NCBI GenBank assembly: GCA_965198115.1
Contig: OZ240241.1
Coordinates: 4,096,001 to 4,160,000 of the forward strand
Direction of reading: 5' to 3'
Source: Candidatus Latescibacterota bacterium
GTDB taxonomy: Bacteria; Latescibacterota; UBA2968
DNA: 64,000 nt
Position 1 is the stretch's first letter, and each line of letters starts with the position of its first letter. The position numbers and the translations under genes are program-made. This document shows positions 38,044-48,397 of the stretch, piece by piece. Below the pieces are notes generated by a model. It did no database searches. It was not told where the DNA came from and was given only the letters and a program-made list of their open reading frames with translations.

Positions 38044-39186
38044 CTACAACAGAGCCCCCATCACCACGTTCGAAACGCGAGGACGCAGCCACGACGCCGC
38101 GTCGGGATCGTTCGTGAAGATCACACACGTCACATCCGCATCCGGATCGCACCAGGCCTCGGTCCCCGTCGCTCCGCCGTGACCGTAGGTGTTGTCGGAC
38201 GTGAGATCTCCGTAACTCGACGTGTTGCGGCCTCCAAGCCGCCATCCCAACCCCCAGCGTTGGCGGACCCGATCGCGTGGATCCAGATCGGGAAGAGCAG
38301 ACGAGTGATCCGTCACCGTGGCGTGCACGGTTGCTTCGTTCAGACAACGAACTCCGTCGAGCTCACCGCCTGCGCGGAAGAGCAGCATCAGGCGGGTCAT
38401 CTCTTCCACCGTCGTCAGCAGACCACCCCAGGGCGCTCCGAATCCCCGCCAGTAATCCGAATTCCAATCGAAATCGGTTCCTGACCCTCCGTGCGTCAGC
38501 CCCTCGCCCGCCATCACGACATCCGACTCTCGATCCGACCTCGTCTGGATACCCAGACTCGTGTCTTTCAGTCCCAGGGGAGCGAAGAAGATTTCGTTCA
38601 GGTGGTCCGGCAGGCCGGTTCCCGTCACGCGCTCGACGATTTCGCCCAGCATCGCGATTCCGCTGCTTTGATACGACACCTTCGTCCCGGGATCGAACGC
38701 CAGCGGTAGTTCGCACGTCCGGGCAACGAAGTCCGACAACGGGCGATGGGCCTCTCGGTATGCCCGATTCTCGGGGATCTGGTCGGGTAAACCTGACGTG
38801 TGCGTCATCAGGTGCCGAACCCGGACGCCTTCCTTCCCACTTGCCTCGAACCCCGGCACGAGATCGGCCACCCGATCATCCAGACTCACCTCTCCACGCT
38901 CGATCAGCCGGGCAACCGAGGCCGTCACGATGGGCTTCGTAATCGAGGCGACCAGGAAGATGGTATCCCGCTCGACCACCTCGGCTTCGTCAGCCAGCCG
39001 CCGACGCCCCACGCAGATCGGCTCCAGAGCCACGCCGCCGCGCGTCACCTGCATAGCCGCTCCCATGAGATCGTCCGACGCGTGGGCGTTCGTGAGCAGT
39101 TGGCGGACGCCATCAAGACGCTCGCTCGAAAAACCGACGGCTTCAGGATCCTGACTCATCATCTCAACCCTCGTGAGATTCGACAA
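38044..39186 (-). CDS. Serine hydrolase, beta-lactamase (AmpC-like) family
   Basis: ASITK (SxxK), LMTHTSG, YQS and GHGG motifs. Confidence 0.92.
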   Translation of the reverse strand: MSNLTRVEMMSQDPEAVGFSSERLDGVRQLLTNAHASDDLMGAAMQVTRGGVALEPICVGRRRLADEAEVVERDTIFLVASITKPIVTASVARLIERGEVSLDDRVADLVPGFEASGKEGVRVRHLMTHTSGLPDQIPENRAYREAHRPLSDFVARTCELPLAFDPGTKVSYQSSGIAMLGEIVERVTGTGLPDHLNEIFFAPLGLKDTSLGIQTRSDRESDVVMAGEGLTHGGSGTDFDWNSDYWRGFGAPWGGLLTTVEEMTRLMLLFRAGGELDGVRCLNEATVHATVTDHSSALPDLDPRDRVRQRWGLGWRLGGRNTSSYGDLTSDNTYGHGGATGTEAWCDPDADVTCVIFTNDPDAASWLRPRVSNVVMGALL

Positions 39187-40165
39187 CCGAAGCGATCTCG
39201 TTCAGGCACGCGTCTCGCTCGGCGTCGTCCATCATGGCATTCAGAAAGGCGTTGGCCGCGATCTGACCGATCTCCTCGAAGCTGAGCCCCATTTCCGAGT
39301 GCATCCATCGATACTCATCCGACAGGGTCTGGCCGAACGGAGTCGGATCGTCCGTGCTGACCGTCACTCGAACACCCGCGCGGTGTAGATCTGGCAGAGG
39401 ATGTCTGTCCAGACTCTCGGTGACACCCAGCTTGACGTTAGACCACGGACACATATCGAGCGTCACACCGTCATCGAGAAAACGCTGAACCAGGGTAGCG
39501 TCATCCGCCGCTCCGACGCCGTGCTCGATCCGTTTCACCCGGAGCAGATCCAATGCCTCCAGCACGGACGCCGCCCCACCGAATTCTCCTGCGTGAGCCT
39601 TAGTGATCATCCCCCTCGAACGAGCTGCCTGGTAGAGCCCGAGGAAATCGTTTGAGTCTCCGACCCGTTCGTCCCCGTGCAGATCGATCCCATCCACGTT
39701 TTCCGCCCACACGGCTTCCTCCCCGATCTTCAGGATATAGGGGGTGTCTCGGTCGCGGGAAAGACCGGCGATGATTCGCACCGTCAACCTCTCCGGTGCC
39801 CCTGCTTTGAGGGCCGCCACGGTTTCGACGACGGGAAACGTGTAAGCACCGACACCAAAGGACATTTCCGCGTACCTCACGTTCTGGTCCGCGAGACCCC
39901 GCCAGATCTCTGTTGCCGCCTTTTCAATCCGCTCGAGGGTGTTCAGGTTTCCACGCCAGGTCAGGTTGAGGACGTGAATGAACTCGGAAAAGGTCGTGTA
40001 TCGGTGGGCTCGATCGAGCCAATCAGGATAGACCGGGATCGGCTCGTCCGACCACGCCCTCGCAAGATGCAGAGCCACGGCGCCCTCGAGATGGAGATGC
40101 ACCTCGCACTTGGGTAACGCCTGCACGAAGGACGCCAGGCGTTCGCTGTCGGCTCTGCGCGTCAT
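39164..40165 (-). CDS. Adenosine/adenine deaminase family protein
   Basis: LPKCEVHLHLEG, HAGE, RIEHG, CPWSN and STDDP motifs. Confidence 0.92.
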   Translation of the reverse strand: MTRRADSERLASFVQALPKCEVHLHLEGAVALHLARAWSDEPIPVYPDWLDRAHRYTTFSEFIHVLNLTWRGNLNTLERIEKAATEIWRGLADQNVRYAEMSFGVGAYTFPVVETVAALKAGAPERLTVRIIAGLSRDRDTPYILKIGEEAVWAENVDGIDLHGDERVGDSNDFLGLYQAARSRGMITKAHAGEFGGAASVLEALDLLRVKRIEHGVGAADDATLVQRFLDDGVTLDMCPWSNVKLGVTESLDRHPLPDLHRAGVRVTVSTDDPTPFGQTLSDEYRWMHSEMGLSFEEIGQIAANAFLNAMMDDAERDACLNEIASVVESHEG

Positions 40166-40816
40166 GACGGAGCGTCAGCGTCGAATCGATAGTCTCGCTG
40201 GCTTGCGATGGGGCCGTCCTGGTGCCACACGGACCCGAATGGGTGCTCGTTTCGGTTCCGCTTGGGGAGCCTGAGGATGGCCTCTTCGCAACGCACGCGT
40301 TCTCGCCTCATCCCGCATATGAGAATTCCCGTATCCTCGAACACCGAATCCGCAAGCTGATACGCGTCGTCCGCGCAATATTGAAAGACCAACCCGCGAC
40401 GTGGCTGGCCCGTTCGATTCACGTCGGAGGCGTGCAGCGTCAGACAATGGTGGATGCTGATTCCGCCCGCTCGCGGCGTCACGTCGACGATCCGGCGCTC
40501 GTCCGTCCATCGATCGGGCTCCTGGCACGCCCCCGTAAAAGGGCCGTCGACCGTATGGTCGAGTAGTCCCCAACGATGGCTTCCCCGCACGATCTGCATG
40601 CACCCGTTTTCTGGCGTCGAATCGTCGAGCATGACCATCACCGCGAGCAGATCGGAATTCGTGTGCGGGAAGAAGGCGAAGTCCTGGTGCCAATGAAACT
40701 CGCCCTTTCCCTTTGCGGGGGGTTTCGTCGCCAGTTTCGAATGTTCCAGCTGAATATCCTCACCGAGTATGGGGATTATGAGTTCGACGATGCGACGATC
40801 CTTCGCCAGGTCCATG

Positions 40817-42195
40817 GAGGTCGAGTCAAGAGGTGTGTAAATAGATCAGGCGGCCAGCTTCTTCCCGGAGTCGATTGTGGTCATAGTTTGGTTGTGCTGT
40901 GCATAAACAACGTGTAACAGATGGGGTGCATTGAGTCGCCGGAAGCGTTTCTCGGCGACCATCAGTGTTCGCCAGATGAGAGCGCTTGCCGCGACGACCT
41001 TCTTGTAGCGTTTGGCGGCGTTGGTTCGTAACCGCACGGATGCAAAGGGGCTCTCGACGATGTTGGTCGTTCTCAGGTGGCGCCAGTGTTCTTCTGGGAA
41101 ATCGAAGAAGGTGAGCATCCTATCCCAATCCCGTTCGAGTGTTGCCACCGCCTTCGGGAACTCGTTGCGATATCGTGCGACGAACTGCTTGCGCAGCTTC
41201 TCCGCATCCTGACGCGTGCTGGCATAGGGAATCTGGACGAGCAGTGCACGAGCTTGAGGCTGCTGACGTTTGTGGATCTGGTCCGGGACGTTGAGAATCT
41301 TGTGGTTCCAGCACCGCTGCTGACGGGTGTGCGGCCAGACCTGATCGACGGCAGACCAGATGCCCATATTGCCATCGGCCGCCATCAGAATGGGGTGATC
41401 CAAGCCGCGATCCCGTAGGTCTCTAAGGACAGCCAGCCAGGACTCGGTCGACTCGCGATACCCAGGCACCAGGCCCAGAACCTCTTTGCGGCCGTCACTC
41501 ATGGCGCCGATCACGACAAGCAGACACGCCTTATCTTTCTCAAGTCCGGCTTTGACGTAGATCCCATCGGCCCAGGCATACACGAGCTCACGATCGTCCA
41601 GGCGTCGTTCCTGCCAGGTCTGGTAATCAACCTCCCATTGACCGCGGAGGCGAGCAATCGACGAGGGGGAGAGCGGAGCCCCATCACCGAGAAGCCCTCG
41701 CAGGGCCAACTCGAAGTCGCCCTGAGACAGACCGTGGAGATAGAGCTCCGGGAGCAGTTCCCCCACCTCTCTCGTGCGCCGAGCGAACAACGGCAGAATC
41801 CTGCTCTCGAAGCGCTCCTCCAAACCGCGAACACGGGGCCGCTTGATCTGGATCGTGCCGCAAGAGGTCGACAATCGCCGCAGCTTCCCATAGCCGTTGC
41901 GATAACCGGATCCTGCATCTACGGCTTCTTTGCGCTCATACCACCCGCGTCCGAGGAACTGGGTCACTTCCTCCTCAACGATGGACTGAATGCGAACCTC
42001 GATTTCCTTACGCAACCACCCCTCAAGGGTTTCCCACGTCGGCATGGACAACGAGGGGGACTTCGACTTATGTTTTCCCACGGCGATCCTCCTTCCCACC
42101 GGGCCTGTGAACCCGGTATTTCGTGGATATTGTTATCTCACGGGAAGTGTAGGGTCGCCTTTTCTATTTTTCCACACCTATTGATTGTAGCTCTC
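40817..42195 (-). mobile_element. IS256 family insertion sequence
   Basis: Imperfect inverted repeats GAGGTCGAGTCAAGAGGTGTG / CACACCTATTGATTGTAGCTCTC; TCCATG direct repeat at 40811-40816 and 42196-42201. Confidence 0.9.
40846..42099 (-). CDS. IS256 family transposase (apparently intact)
   Basis: YRNGY, WADGIY, ADG, QRCWNHK and RTTNIVES DDE motifs. Confidence 0.95.
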   Translation of the reverse strand: MGRRIAVGKHKSKSPSLSMPTWETLEGWLRKEIEVRIQSIVEEEVTQFLGRGWYERKEAVDAGSGYRNGYGKLRRLSTSCGTIQIKRPRVRGLEERFESRILPLFARRTREVGELLPELYLHGLSQGDFELALRGLLGDGAPLSPSSIARLRGQWEVDYQTWQERRLDDRELVYAWADGIYVKAGLEKDKACLLVVIGAMSDGRKEVLGLVPGYRESTESWLAVLRDLRDRGLDHPILMAADGNMGIWSAVDQVWPHTRQQRCWNHKILNVPDQIHKRQQPQARALLVQIPYASTRQDAEKLRKQFVARYRNEFPKAVATLERDWDRMLTFFDFPEEHWRHLRTTNIVESPFASVRLRTNAAKRYKKVVAASALIWRTLMVAEKRFRRLNAPHLLHVVYAQHNQTMTTIDSGKKLAA

Positions 42196-42407
42196 TCCAT
42201 GAATGCGGCGTGATAGGACGTGATCGACAGTAGGTGTACAGTCTTCTCCTCGTATCCCTTCGCCACCTGTGCTTCGACGACATCCGGATCGGCACACGCT
42301 GATCGCAGCCTCTCGACTTCATCGGGTGGGATCAGGTCGTCAACGACGAGATAACCGTCTTCGCGGAATCGCCTAATCTGCTGGTCCGTCAAGCTCATAG
42401 AAGAGCA

Positions 42408-42430
42408 TCGCGACCAGAGGTCGCTCCTAC
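42408..42430. repeat. GTAG-type REP
   Basis: Reverse complement GTAGGAGCGACCTCTGGTCGCGA; relative of 16263-16286. Confidence 0.7.
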
Positions 42431-42460
42431 CCGGTTTTCATGAACACCGAACACCTCCGG

Positions 42461-43570
42461 TCACCACTCTCGTGAATTCGGAACCTCCATCCACTGGCAA
42501 TCGTTGGCGATCGACGCCTGGCTTACCAGTCCCGGCAGGGTCATGTCCATCGCCTCGTGGATCCCGATGGGACAGGCTGTTCCTTCATCGATGCTCTGAA
42601 CGAAGTCCATCACCTCGAAGTAGTCTCCACCTCCGTGGCCGGCTTTCATCGCCTCTTCCGTCGGATCGCGCCACATATCGGGCAAATACTCGGCTTCGAG
42701 CTCCGTCAGGTCCATCCACGCATTCTTGTCCTCGCAAAGACCCTCGAGCCAGATACGATCGGGCTCTCCCTGGGCCCGCGATGACTCGTAGCATCCCTTC
42801 GTGCCCTGAAGCGAGTAGTTGACCATCGAATGTGGGCGTTCAGAGAGCATGTCGACACGAATCTTGATCAACCCGCCGCGCTCGGTCTTGCACAGCATCA
42901 CGCACGTGTCCTGGTTTTCGTAGGCGTCACCGCGTGGGTCCTCGTAGTGGTGGCCACTCCCCTCGCAACACACTCGGACGACGCGGTCACCGGGCATCCA
43001 TTGGAGGATCGGCCCCAGACTGTGCGTGCCATAGGTGACCCCGTCGATCCCGGTCTGCCATTTTCGGCGCCACGTCGTGATCTCGTTCAGCCCTTTCAGT
43101 TCGTGCAAATACTCCCCTTCAGCGTAATACACATCGCCGAACAAGTCCCTCTCGGACAGCGCCCTGACGAGCACACACGGCTTCCGATAGGTATAGTTCT
43201 CGGCCATCATGTAAACGGCGTCCGAAGCTCTGGCCGCCGCGACAAGATCACGACACTCATCCACGGACACGGCCGCCGTCACCTCGCTCATCGCGTGAAC
43301 GCCCTGCTCGAGCGCCTTGATCGCCATGGGCGCGTGAAACGGCATGGGCGTCCCGATCACGACCGCGTCGACATTCGACTTCTCCAGCATCTCGTCGTAG
43401 TCGGTGTAGGACTCTGACGCACCGAGACGCTCAACCGCTTCGGGCAACTCTTCTTCATTCACGTCGCACACGGCGTGAATCCGCGTCAGCGGATGCGTGT
43501 CGAATGCCGCGCGAAAGCTCTTCCCTCGACCCACGGCGCCGACAATGCCGATGTTCAGCTGTTCGGCCAT
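42461..43570 (-). CDS. Gfo/Idh/MocA family oxidoreductase
   Basis: IGIVGAVGRG, SEV, YMMAENY, YGTHSLGP and GHGGGDY motifs; ATG at 43570. Confidence 0.92.
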   Translation of the reverse strand: MAEQLNIGIVGAVGRGKSFRAAFDTHPLTRIHAVCDVNEEELPEAVERLGASESYTDYDEMLEKSNVDAVVIGTPMPFHAPMAIKALEQGVHAMSEVTAAVSVDECRDLVAAARASDAVYMMAENYTYRKPCVLVRALSERDLFGDVYYAEGEYLHELKGLNEITTWRRKWQTGIDGVTYGTHSLGPILQWMPGDRVVRVCCEGSGHHYEDPRGDAYENQDTCVMLCKTERGGLIKIRVDMLSERPHSMVNYSLQGTKGCYESSRAQGEPDRIWLEGLCEDKNAWMDLTELEAEYLPDMWRDPTEEAMKAGHGGGDYFEVMDFVQSIDEGTACPIGIHEAMDMTLPGLVSQASIANDCQWMEVPNSREW

Positions 43571-44208
43571 TCGTCTCCCCAGTGGTGGCCCGGATCCGCA
43601 ACGAAGCTCATCTCTTCTTTTCGGGTTGGATGCACGATACACATCTCTCGTGCGTGCAGCGCAATGGCGTCGCTGCCGAAGGATCGAACAGACCCATAGC
43701 GTCGATCGCCCACGACGGGATGCCTCCGGTGCGCGAACTGAACGCGAATCTGATGATGTCTGCCCGTTTCGAGTGCGATCTCCACCGCGCTGACATCCTC
43801 GTCGAAATGGGTCCTCACAAAACTCAGCCGCGCTTCCTGACCTTCTCCTTCGTTGCCGACCCTCGACGTGCGTTCGTCCCGAACAAGGTAGTCCGTCCAA
43901 GCTCCGCTGTCCTTCGTTTTCCCTTCGACCCGAGCCCAGTAGAGCTTCCGGGTCCGACGTTCCCTGATCTCTTCGGACAGCCTGGCCGCTGCCTTCGACG
44001 TACGTGCCAGCACCACGACGCCCGACGCAGGCCGATCGAGCCGGTGTACCAGAGCGAGGAAGACGTTACCGGGCTTCCCGTGCTTCGCCCTGATCCAGTC
44101 CTTCCCCTCATCCAGCAGCGTCGACCGCCCTGTCTGGTCGCCCTGTACCAGTTGTCCGGCCGGTTTGTTGACGACGAGCAGGTGATTGTCCTCGTATATG
44201 AGATCCAT
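43555..44208 (-). CDS. RluA family pseudouridine synthase
   Basis: VNKPAG, HRLDRPASG, TGRHHQIRV, PVVGDRRYG and LHA motifs. Confidence 0.95.
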   Translation of the reverse strand: MDLIYEDNHLLVVNKPAGQLVQGDQTGRSTLLDEGKDWIRAKHGKPGNVFLALVHRLDRPASGVVVLARTSKAAARLSEEIRERRTRKLYWARVEGKTKDSGAWTDYLVRDERTSRVGNEGEGQEARLSFVRTHFDEDVSAVEIALETGRHHQIRVQFAHRRHPVVGDRRYGSVRSFGSDAIALHAREMCIVHPTRKEEMSFVADPGHHWGDEWPNS

Positions 44209-44309
44209 CTTTGTCTCTAAGACTCACGAGAAACGCGCGCAACCCGTACTGGATGCACTGGCATCCATTTTCCCTGGCCGGAAAAAAGAGTTCTCAAACA
44301 AAGACAGCC

Positions 44310-44492
44310 TGTCATTTCGACACGGTCTGGGGTCCGGGCCAGACTATCCCCCGCAAGGCGCCGGACGATCCGTGGAGAAATCCCTTCGCGACGAAGCTTC
44401 GCTACACGGACAGTTCCTGCAGCATACGCGCAGGGATCTCTCACCCGTGACGAGGGCCTGCTTCGCTGGCGCGAATCGGGTTCGAGATGACA
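44310..44492. repeat. TGTCA...TGACA-terminated palindromic (MITE-like) element
   Basis: TGTCATTTCGA ... TCGAGATGACA termini; inner arms GAGAAATCCCT / AGGGATCTCTC. Confidence 0.7.
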
Positions 44493-44510
44493 AGCCGCCC
44501 ACTGTCATCC

Positions 44511-45569
44511 TTACGAATCCTTTAGTCGCTCCTTCTGCCAGGTTTTCCTCGTCCCATAGTAGTCGTCGATCGGGCGATGCGGCGACTCATCAGCGTCGGT
44601 CCTCCGCGCATAGAGCAGCACATCCATCCAGCCTTCATCCGTACGAAGCCGATCCGCGAGTCGGGCCTCTTTCCGAAAACCAGCCGTCTCCACGAGTCGG
44701 GTAACGTCGTCATCGCAAGCGGCGATCGAGATCTGGAGCGTACGAATGCGGATCTCGCCGGCCCGTTCGATGGCCATTTGCAGGAGTGCGCCCGTCTCGT
44801 CCTGGTAGGCCGGTGTCACTCGAAAGCTCAACGCAGCCACGTGCTGTTCGTAGAAGGTACCGACCCGTTCGAACGCTGCCGCGCCGACGAGCGCACCGGC
44901 CGGATTCTCCAGCACGACATAGCCACCTCGCCCGTCTTCAATACGTCGCATCAATTTGACGAAATGACTCTCGTATCGCATTCCCGCGTAGGTCTGAGTC
45001 AGCGGGTCTTTCAGCAGCCAGTTCGGTTCAGGATGATTGTAGAGGGCGGACAATCCAGGCAAGTCGCCCCAGTGTGCTGCCCTCACCGTCGCCTGCCCGT
45101 TATGACACCATCGAGTGTCGTCGAAGTCCTCCGCACCGGGGGCCAGATAGCGCATCCCGTCGCCCACGTAGTAGCAGAACCCGTGTCGCTCGTAAAGGTG
45201 ACCGGCGATCGGATTGGTAGTACAGAGATAAAGCGCCTTCCCATCATCCTGTCGAAACCGATCGATTGCAGCTTTCATCAAGCAGGAAGCAATGCCCTTG
45301 TTTCGATGCCGTTCATTCGTAGCGACGAACTCGATGACGCCCACATCTCGTCTGTCGGTTGCCACATAATAGCTCAACGAACCGACGACTTCCCCATCGA
45401 TCTCCCCCACGAAGTAAGGGGTGAACAGCCAATCGACGAATGCACCCCCTAACAGGTCGTCTCGGACGTCGCGCCAACATCCGACCTTGTCCGCATTCGC
45501 GCCGAGCGGTGGTTCGACGGTACAGATCGTCATCTCCTCACCGTTTCTCAGCGTGATGAGCTCAGACAT
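44511..45569 (-). CDS. Tandem GNAT family N-acetyltransferase
   Basis: VATNERHRNKGIA motif A and LYERHGF; second GNAT-like domain ending ETAGFRKEARL. Confidence 0.85.
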   Translation of the reverse strand: MSELITLRNGEEMTICTVEPPLGANADKVGCWRDVRDDLLGGAFVDWLFTPYFVGEIDGEVVGSLSYYVATDRRDVGVIEFVATNERHRNKGIASCLMKAAIDRFRQDDGKALYLCTTNPIAGHLYERHGFCYYVGDGMRYLAPGAEDFDDTRWCHNGQATVRAAHWGDLPGLSALYNHPEPNWLLKDPLTQTYAGMRYESHFVKLMRRIEDGRGGYVVLENPAGALVGAAAFERVGTFYEQHVAALSFRVTPAYQDETGALLQMAIERAGEIRIRTLQISIAACDDDVTRLVETAGFRKEARLADRLRTDEGWMDVLLYARRTDADESPHRPIDDYYGTRKTWQKERLKDS

Positions 45570-45656
45570 GAATGTAGTCCGTTGTGAAGTGAATTTTACC
45601 GATCCCCAAGTTGACCAACGCCCAGTATAGTCTGTCCACTGGGGATAGGCAGCAAC

Positions 45657-45690
45657 AAAACGCCCCCTCCTGTAAAAGGGAGGGGGCATT
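45657..45690 (-). terminator. Intrinsic terminator
   Basis: GCCCCCTCC-loop-GGAGGGGGC stem with a T-run on the minus strand. Confidence 0.7.
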
Positions 45691-45741
45691 GTCATTCGAC
45701 GTGGATCAATCTCGGCCGCCGCAGTCACATTGTCCTGACAC

Positions 45742-47010
45742 TCACTCCTCAGCAATACAGTAGAGGTGTGTGTAAGTCCTTAAGAAGAGTTCGTTATCGA
45801 CAATCACGGGAGATGCCGAGATCCCCTGATCGAGCACGTTGGCGGCCATAATCTCGAACATCGGGCTATTCTTGACCGTAAGGGTGGTGCCATTCCGGCC
45901 AGGAACATAGAAATGATTCTTCGTTCCAGTCAGCGAAGCGTACACGTGACCGACCCCTCTGGGCAGCCGCTCGGGTCCATAAATCTGCTCTCCCGTCTTG
46001 GCATTGTAACTGGACAGGATGCCTTCCCGGCCCTTGACGAAGAACATGCGGTCTCCGTAGAGGATTGGGGATGAAACATACGGAGTATTCCTACTAATCG
46101 ACCAGAGAACGGCATCGGTACCCGTGATGTCGCCTTTCGCCTTGTCCAAAAGAATCGCCTGCATAGCCGACCCGCTGTGGCCACTGGTCACATAAACAAT
46201 TCCATCTGCGTGAATCGGCGTGGGAACCACGAGTGCGCCCAGACCTGCGCATTCCCAGATCAGCTTTCCCGTAGCAAGGTCGTAGCTTCGAGTCTTCCCC
46301 GTCGCGGGAACGACCACGTGATTGACGCCTTTGTGCTCGATCACCGCCGGTGACACCCACGTTGTCTTTTCGTCCCGAGACGTTCGCCAGAGTTCCTTCC
46401 CCGTGCGCTTGTCGAGTGCAACGATGAAAGAGCTTCCCTCGTGGTCCCAATTCACCACCATCCTGTTGCCGTGAATCGTCGGAGTGCTGCCCTCGCCAAA
46501 GTTGTTGTGGGTCTGCATCTCGCCCAGGTCTTTCTCCCACTTGATCTTACCATCGAAATCCAGGCAGTAGAGACCCATCGATCCGAAATTCGCATACAGA
46601 TGCTCGCCATCGGTCAGACCCGAGATGTTGACCTGGGTAGAGGTGTCGTGCTCAACCTGGGCCTGCGTCGCTTCGCGAAGAACCTTTTCCCAGACGGGCT
46701 TCCCGGTCTTGCGGTCGATTGCCAGCAACTTGAATTGGTAAACCGCTGCGCTTTCCTCGCTTTTCGGCCTTACTTCTTCGGCGGTCTGCACGTAGATCCG
46801 ATTGTCCCACATAATAGGTGTAGCGTGACCCGTTCCCGGAATCGCCGTCTTCCACCGGATGTTCTTGCTCTCACTCCACTCGACGGGTGGGTTTCCTTCA
46901 GCGCGACCGTTTCCGTTCGGGCCCCTCCATCGGGGCCACTGCGATGCCTGGAGTGGGGCCACAACCATGAACGTGAAAGCAATCGTCAAAAATGTGCACC
47001 GTAATCGCAT
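45742..47010 (-). CDS. Secreted PQQ-binding-like beta-propeller (BamB-like) protein
   Basis: Signal peptide, WPRWRGPNGNG, repeated (A/C)LD..TGK..W blades, C-terminal LYCI. Confidence 0.9.
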   Translation of the reverse strand: MRLRCTFLTIAFTFMVVAPLQASQWPRWRGPNGNGRAEGNPPVEWSESKNIRWKTAIPGTGHATPIMWDNRIYVQTAEEVRPKSEESAAVYQFKLLAIDRKTGKPVWEKVLREATQAQVEHDTSTQVNISGLTDGEHLYANFGSMGLYCLDFDGKIKWEKDLGEMQTHNNFGEGSTPTIHGNRMVVNWDHEGSSFIVALDKRTGKELWRTSRDEKTTWVSPAVIEHKGVNHVVVPATGKTRSYDLATGKLIWECAGLGALVVPTPIHADGIVYVTSGHSGSAMQAILLDKAKGDITGTDAVLWSISRNTPYVSSPILYGDRMFFVKGREGILSSYNAKTGEQIYGPERLPRGVGHVYASLTGTKNHFYVPGRNGTTLTVKNSPMFEIMAANVLDQGISASPVIVDNELFLRTYTHLYCIAEE

Positions 47011-47350
47011 CTGTTCTCCTAATCTAATTGGTTTCGCAACAGTCAACCGGCTACAGACTCAAGGTACGGAAACCCAACACATACTCAACCCTGCAGTTGA
47101 GAGAGTCTCCGCTTCCAGGTCTCACGCTCCGCAAGATCAACGGGCGTAAACGCCCCATCACGGATCGTGTCGACCATCTTGGGTCTGACATAAAGTGGCA
47201 GCCATATCCGGCTCCGTGATCAATCCGAGTTCGCGCCCATTCGCCAGGTCATCCAGATCCATCACGAAATGTGTGACACCATCCGCCCTGACGATCACGT
47301 CGGCGAAGTGATCGGTAAACACCCAGGCGTCGAGACGTAAACCGTCGATC

Positions 47351-48160
47351 CTATGTGGACATACCAGGGCCAACCGGGTTCTCGATCGTGTGCTCATCAG
47401 TATAGATCAGGTAGCCCTTCTTCCGGTTGGGCACTCGATCTGAATCCATCCAGACATCCCGGCGACTCCCACTTCCCGTCAAGCTGGAGAGCCCGGACAC
47501 TCCTACTACGGAAGTGTGCTGGAGCAGGGCATTTTCGGAGCACATCGTAGGACACGTCAAACCGCTCTACGTTGATCAGGTCTTTCTGGTTAAAGCCCAG
47601 ATCCGTTTCGATCGTGTGATTTACCTGCAGGTAGGACAGCAAGGTGGTCGTGACGAAAATGAATGAGAAAACGAACTGTGTGATGATCAGCGTTTTGCGC
47701 AGTGCGAAGCGTTTGTTTTCCAGGGCCACAGTGCCTTTGATCACTTGAGAGCGTACCGTCGCCGACATTACCAACGCGGGATAAACCCCGGCCAGGAGAC
47801 CAACAAGGACACCGAACACACCGAAAATCGCCCCGAGTTCGACATCCTGCGGCTCCACAACGACTCGCGCCCTCATCGATTGGATCGACCAGAGGTTATT
47901 GAACGCGTCGAGGAGCCAGCCGAACACCATACCGCCGAAAACCAGAGCAGCCAACGACACCACGACCGATTCGGTCAAGAACTGCATTCGAATCTGTCGA
48001 CGCGCTGCGCCAACCACCTGACACACACCGACCTCCCTGGCTCGCTGCATCGAACGCGCAACGGAGAACCCCACGTAATTGAAGCGACGATGCTGATGAC
48101 CGAGAAACTTCGATGACGTGCCAAATTTCGAAGGGCGGTGGTGACGTAGTTCTTGAACAT
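47351..48160 (-). pseudogene. MacB/FtsX-like ABC permease remnant
   Basis: MFKNYVTTALRNL is joined out of frame to FNYV..ARSMQRAREVGV..QFLTES..LLAGVYPA..LRKTLIITQF..DLGFN; a further frameshift and truncation follow. Confidence 0.85.
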
Positions 48161-48228
48161 CAGATTCCTCGATGTCGGGCGTAGAGTCCTCACGACTGAA
48201 AACGTCTCAGATCTGCTACCTACCGCTT

Positions 48229-48244
48229 TGCGATCCCCGTGCCA
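48229..48244 (-). promoter_or_regulatory. Sigma54 (-24/-12) promoter
   Basis: Minus strand TGGCACGGGGATCGCA versus consensus TGGCACG-N4-TTGCA (1 mismatch), about 70 bp upstream of the permease ATG. Confidence 0.7.
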
Positions 48245-48295
48245 GCGAGGAATGGGCCTCCTGATGCGCATTCCGCCTCCCGGAACGTCGATCGA

Positions 48296-48333
48296 CCGTC
48301 CGAACCTGAACACTGCTGTCCCATTTCCGAACA
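48296..48333. promoter_or_regulatory. Tandem enhancer-like sites for a sigma54 activator
   Basis: CCGTCCGAACCTGAACA and TGTCCCATTTCCGAACA (TGT-N11-ACA), 21 bp apart, upstream of the -24 element. Confidence 0.55.
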
Positions 48334-48340
48334 GTACGCG

Positions 48341-48367
48341 AAAAGGCCCACCGCTATGGGTGGGCCT
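48341..48367 (-). terminator. Intrinsic terminator
   Basis: AGGCCCACC-loop-GGTGGGCCT stem with a T-run on the minus strand after the ABC ATPase. Confidence 0.7.
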
Positions 48368-48397
48368 ATCTGCTAATCGGGCGATCGTCTTCCGAGC

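Larger units (their letters stand above)
40162..42398 (-). pseudogene. Phytanoyl-CoA dioxygenase (PhyH) family gene interrupted by IS256
   Basis: N-terminus MSLTDQQIRRFREDGY...HAAFM (42398-42198) and C-terminus MDLAKD...WHQD...HHCLTLH (40815-40162) join in frame when the IS and one TCCATG are removed, giving 283 aa. Confidence 0.92.

Noticed and set aside
38044-39186. Antibiotic-resistance beta-lactamase
   Set aside because: It has a generic serine-hydrolase motif set (GHGG rather than KTG) and no signal peptide; more likely an esterase or peptidase.
43571-43900. N-terminal extension of the 479-aa oxidoreductase ORF
   Set aside because: Overlaps the RluA-type gene in another frame; the Rossmann fold begins at ATG 43570.
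47158-47397. 79-aa ORF after the permease remnant
   Set aside because: No recognisable motif or RBS; it sits at a deletion junction and is probably debris.
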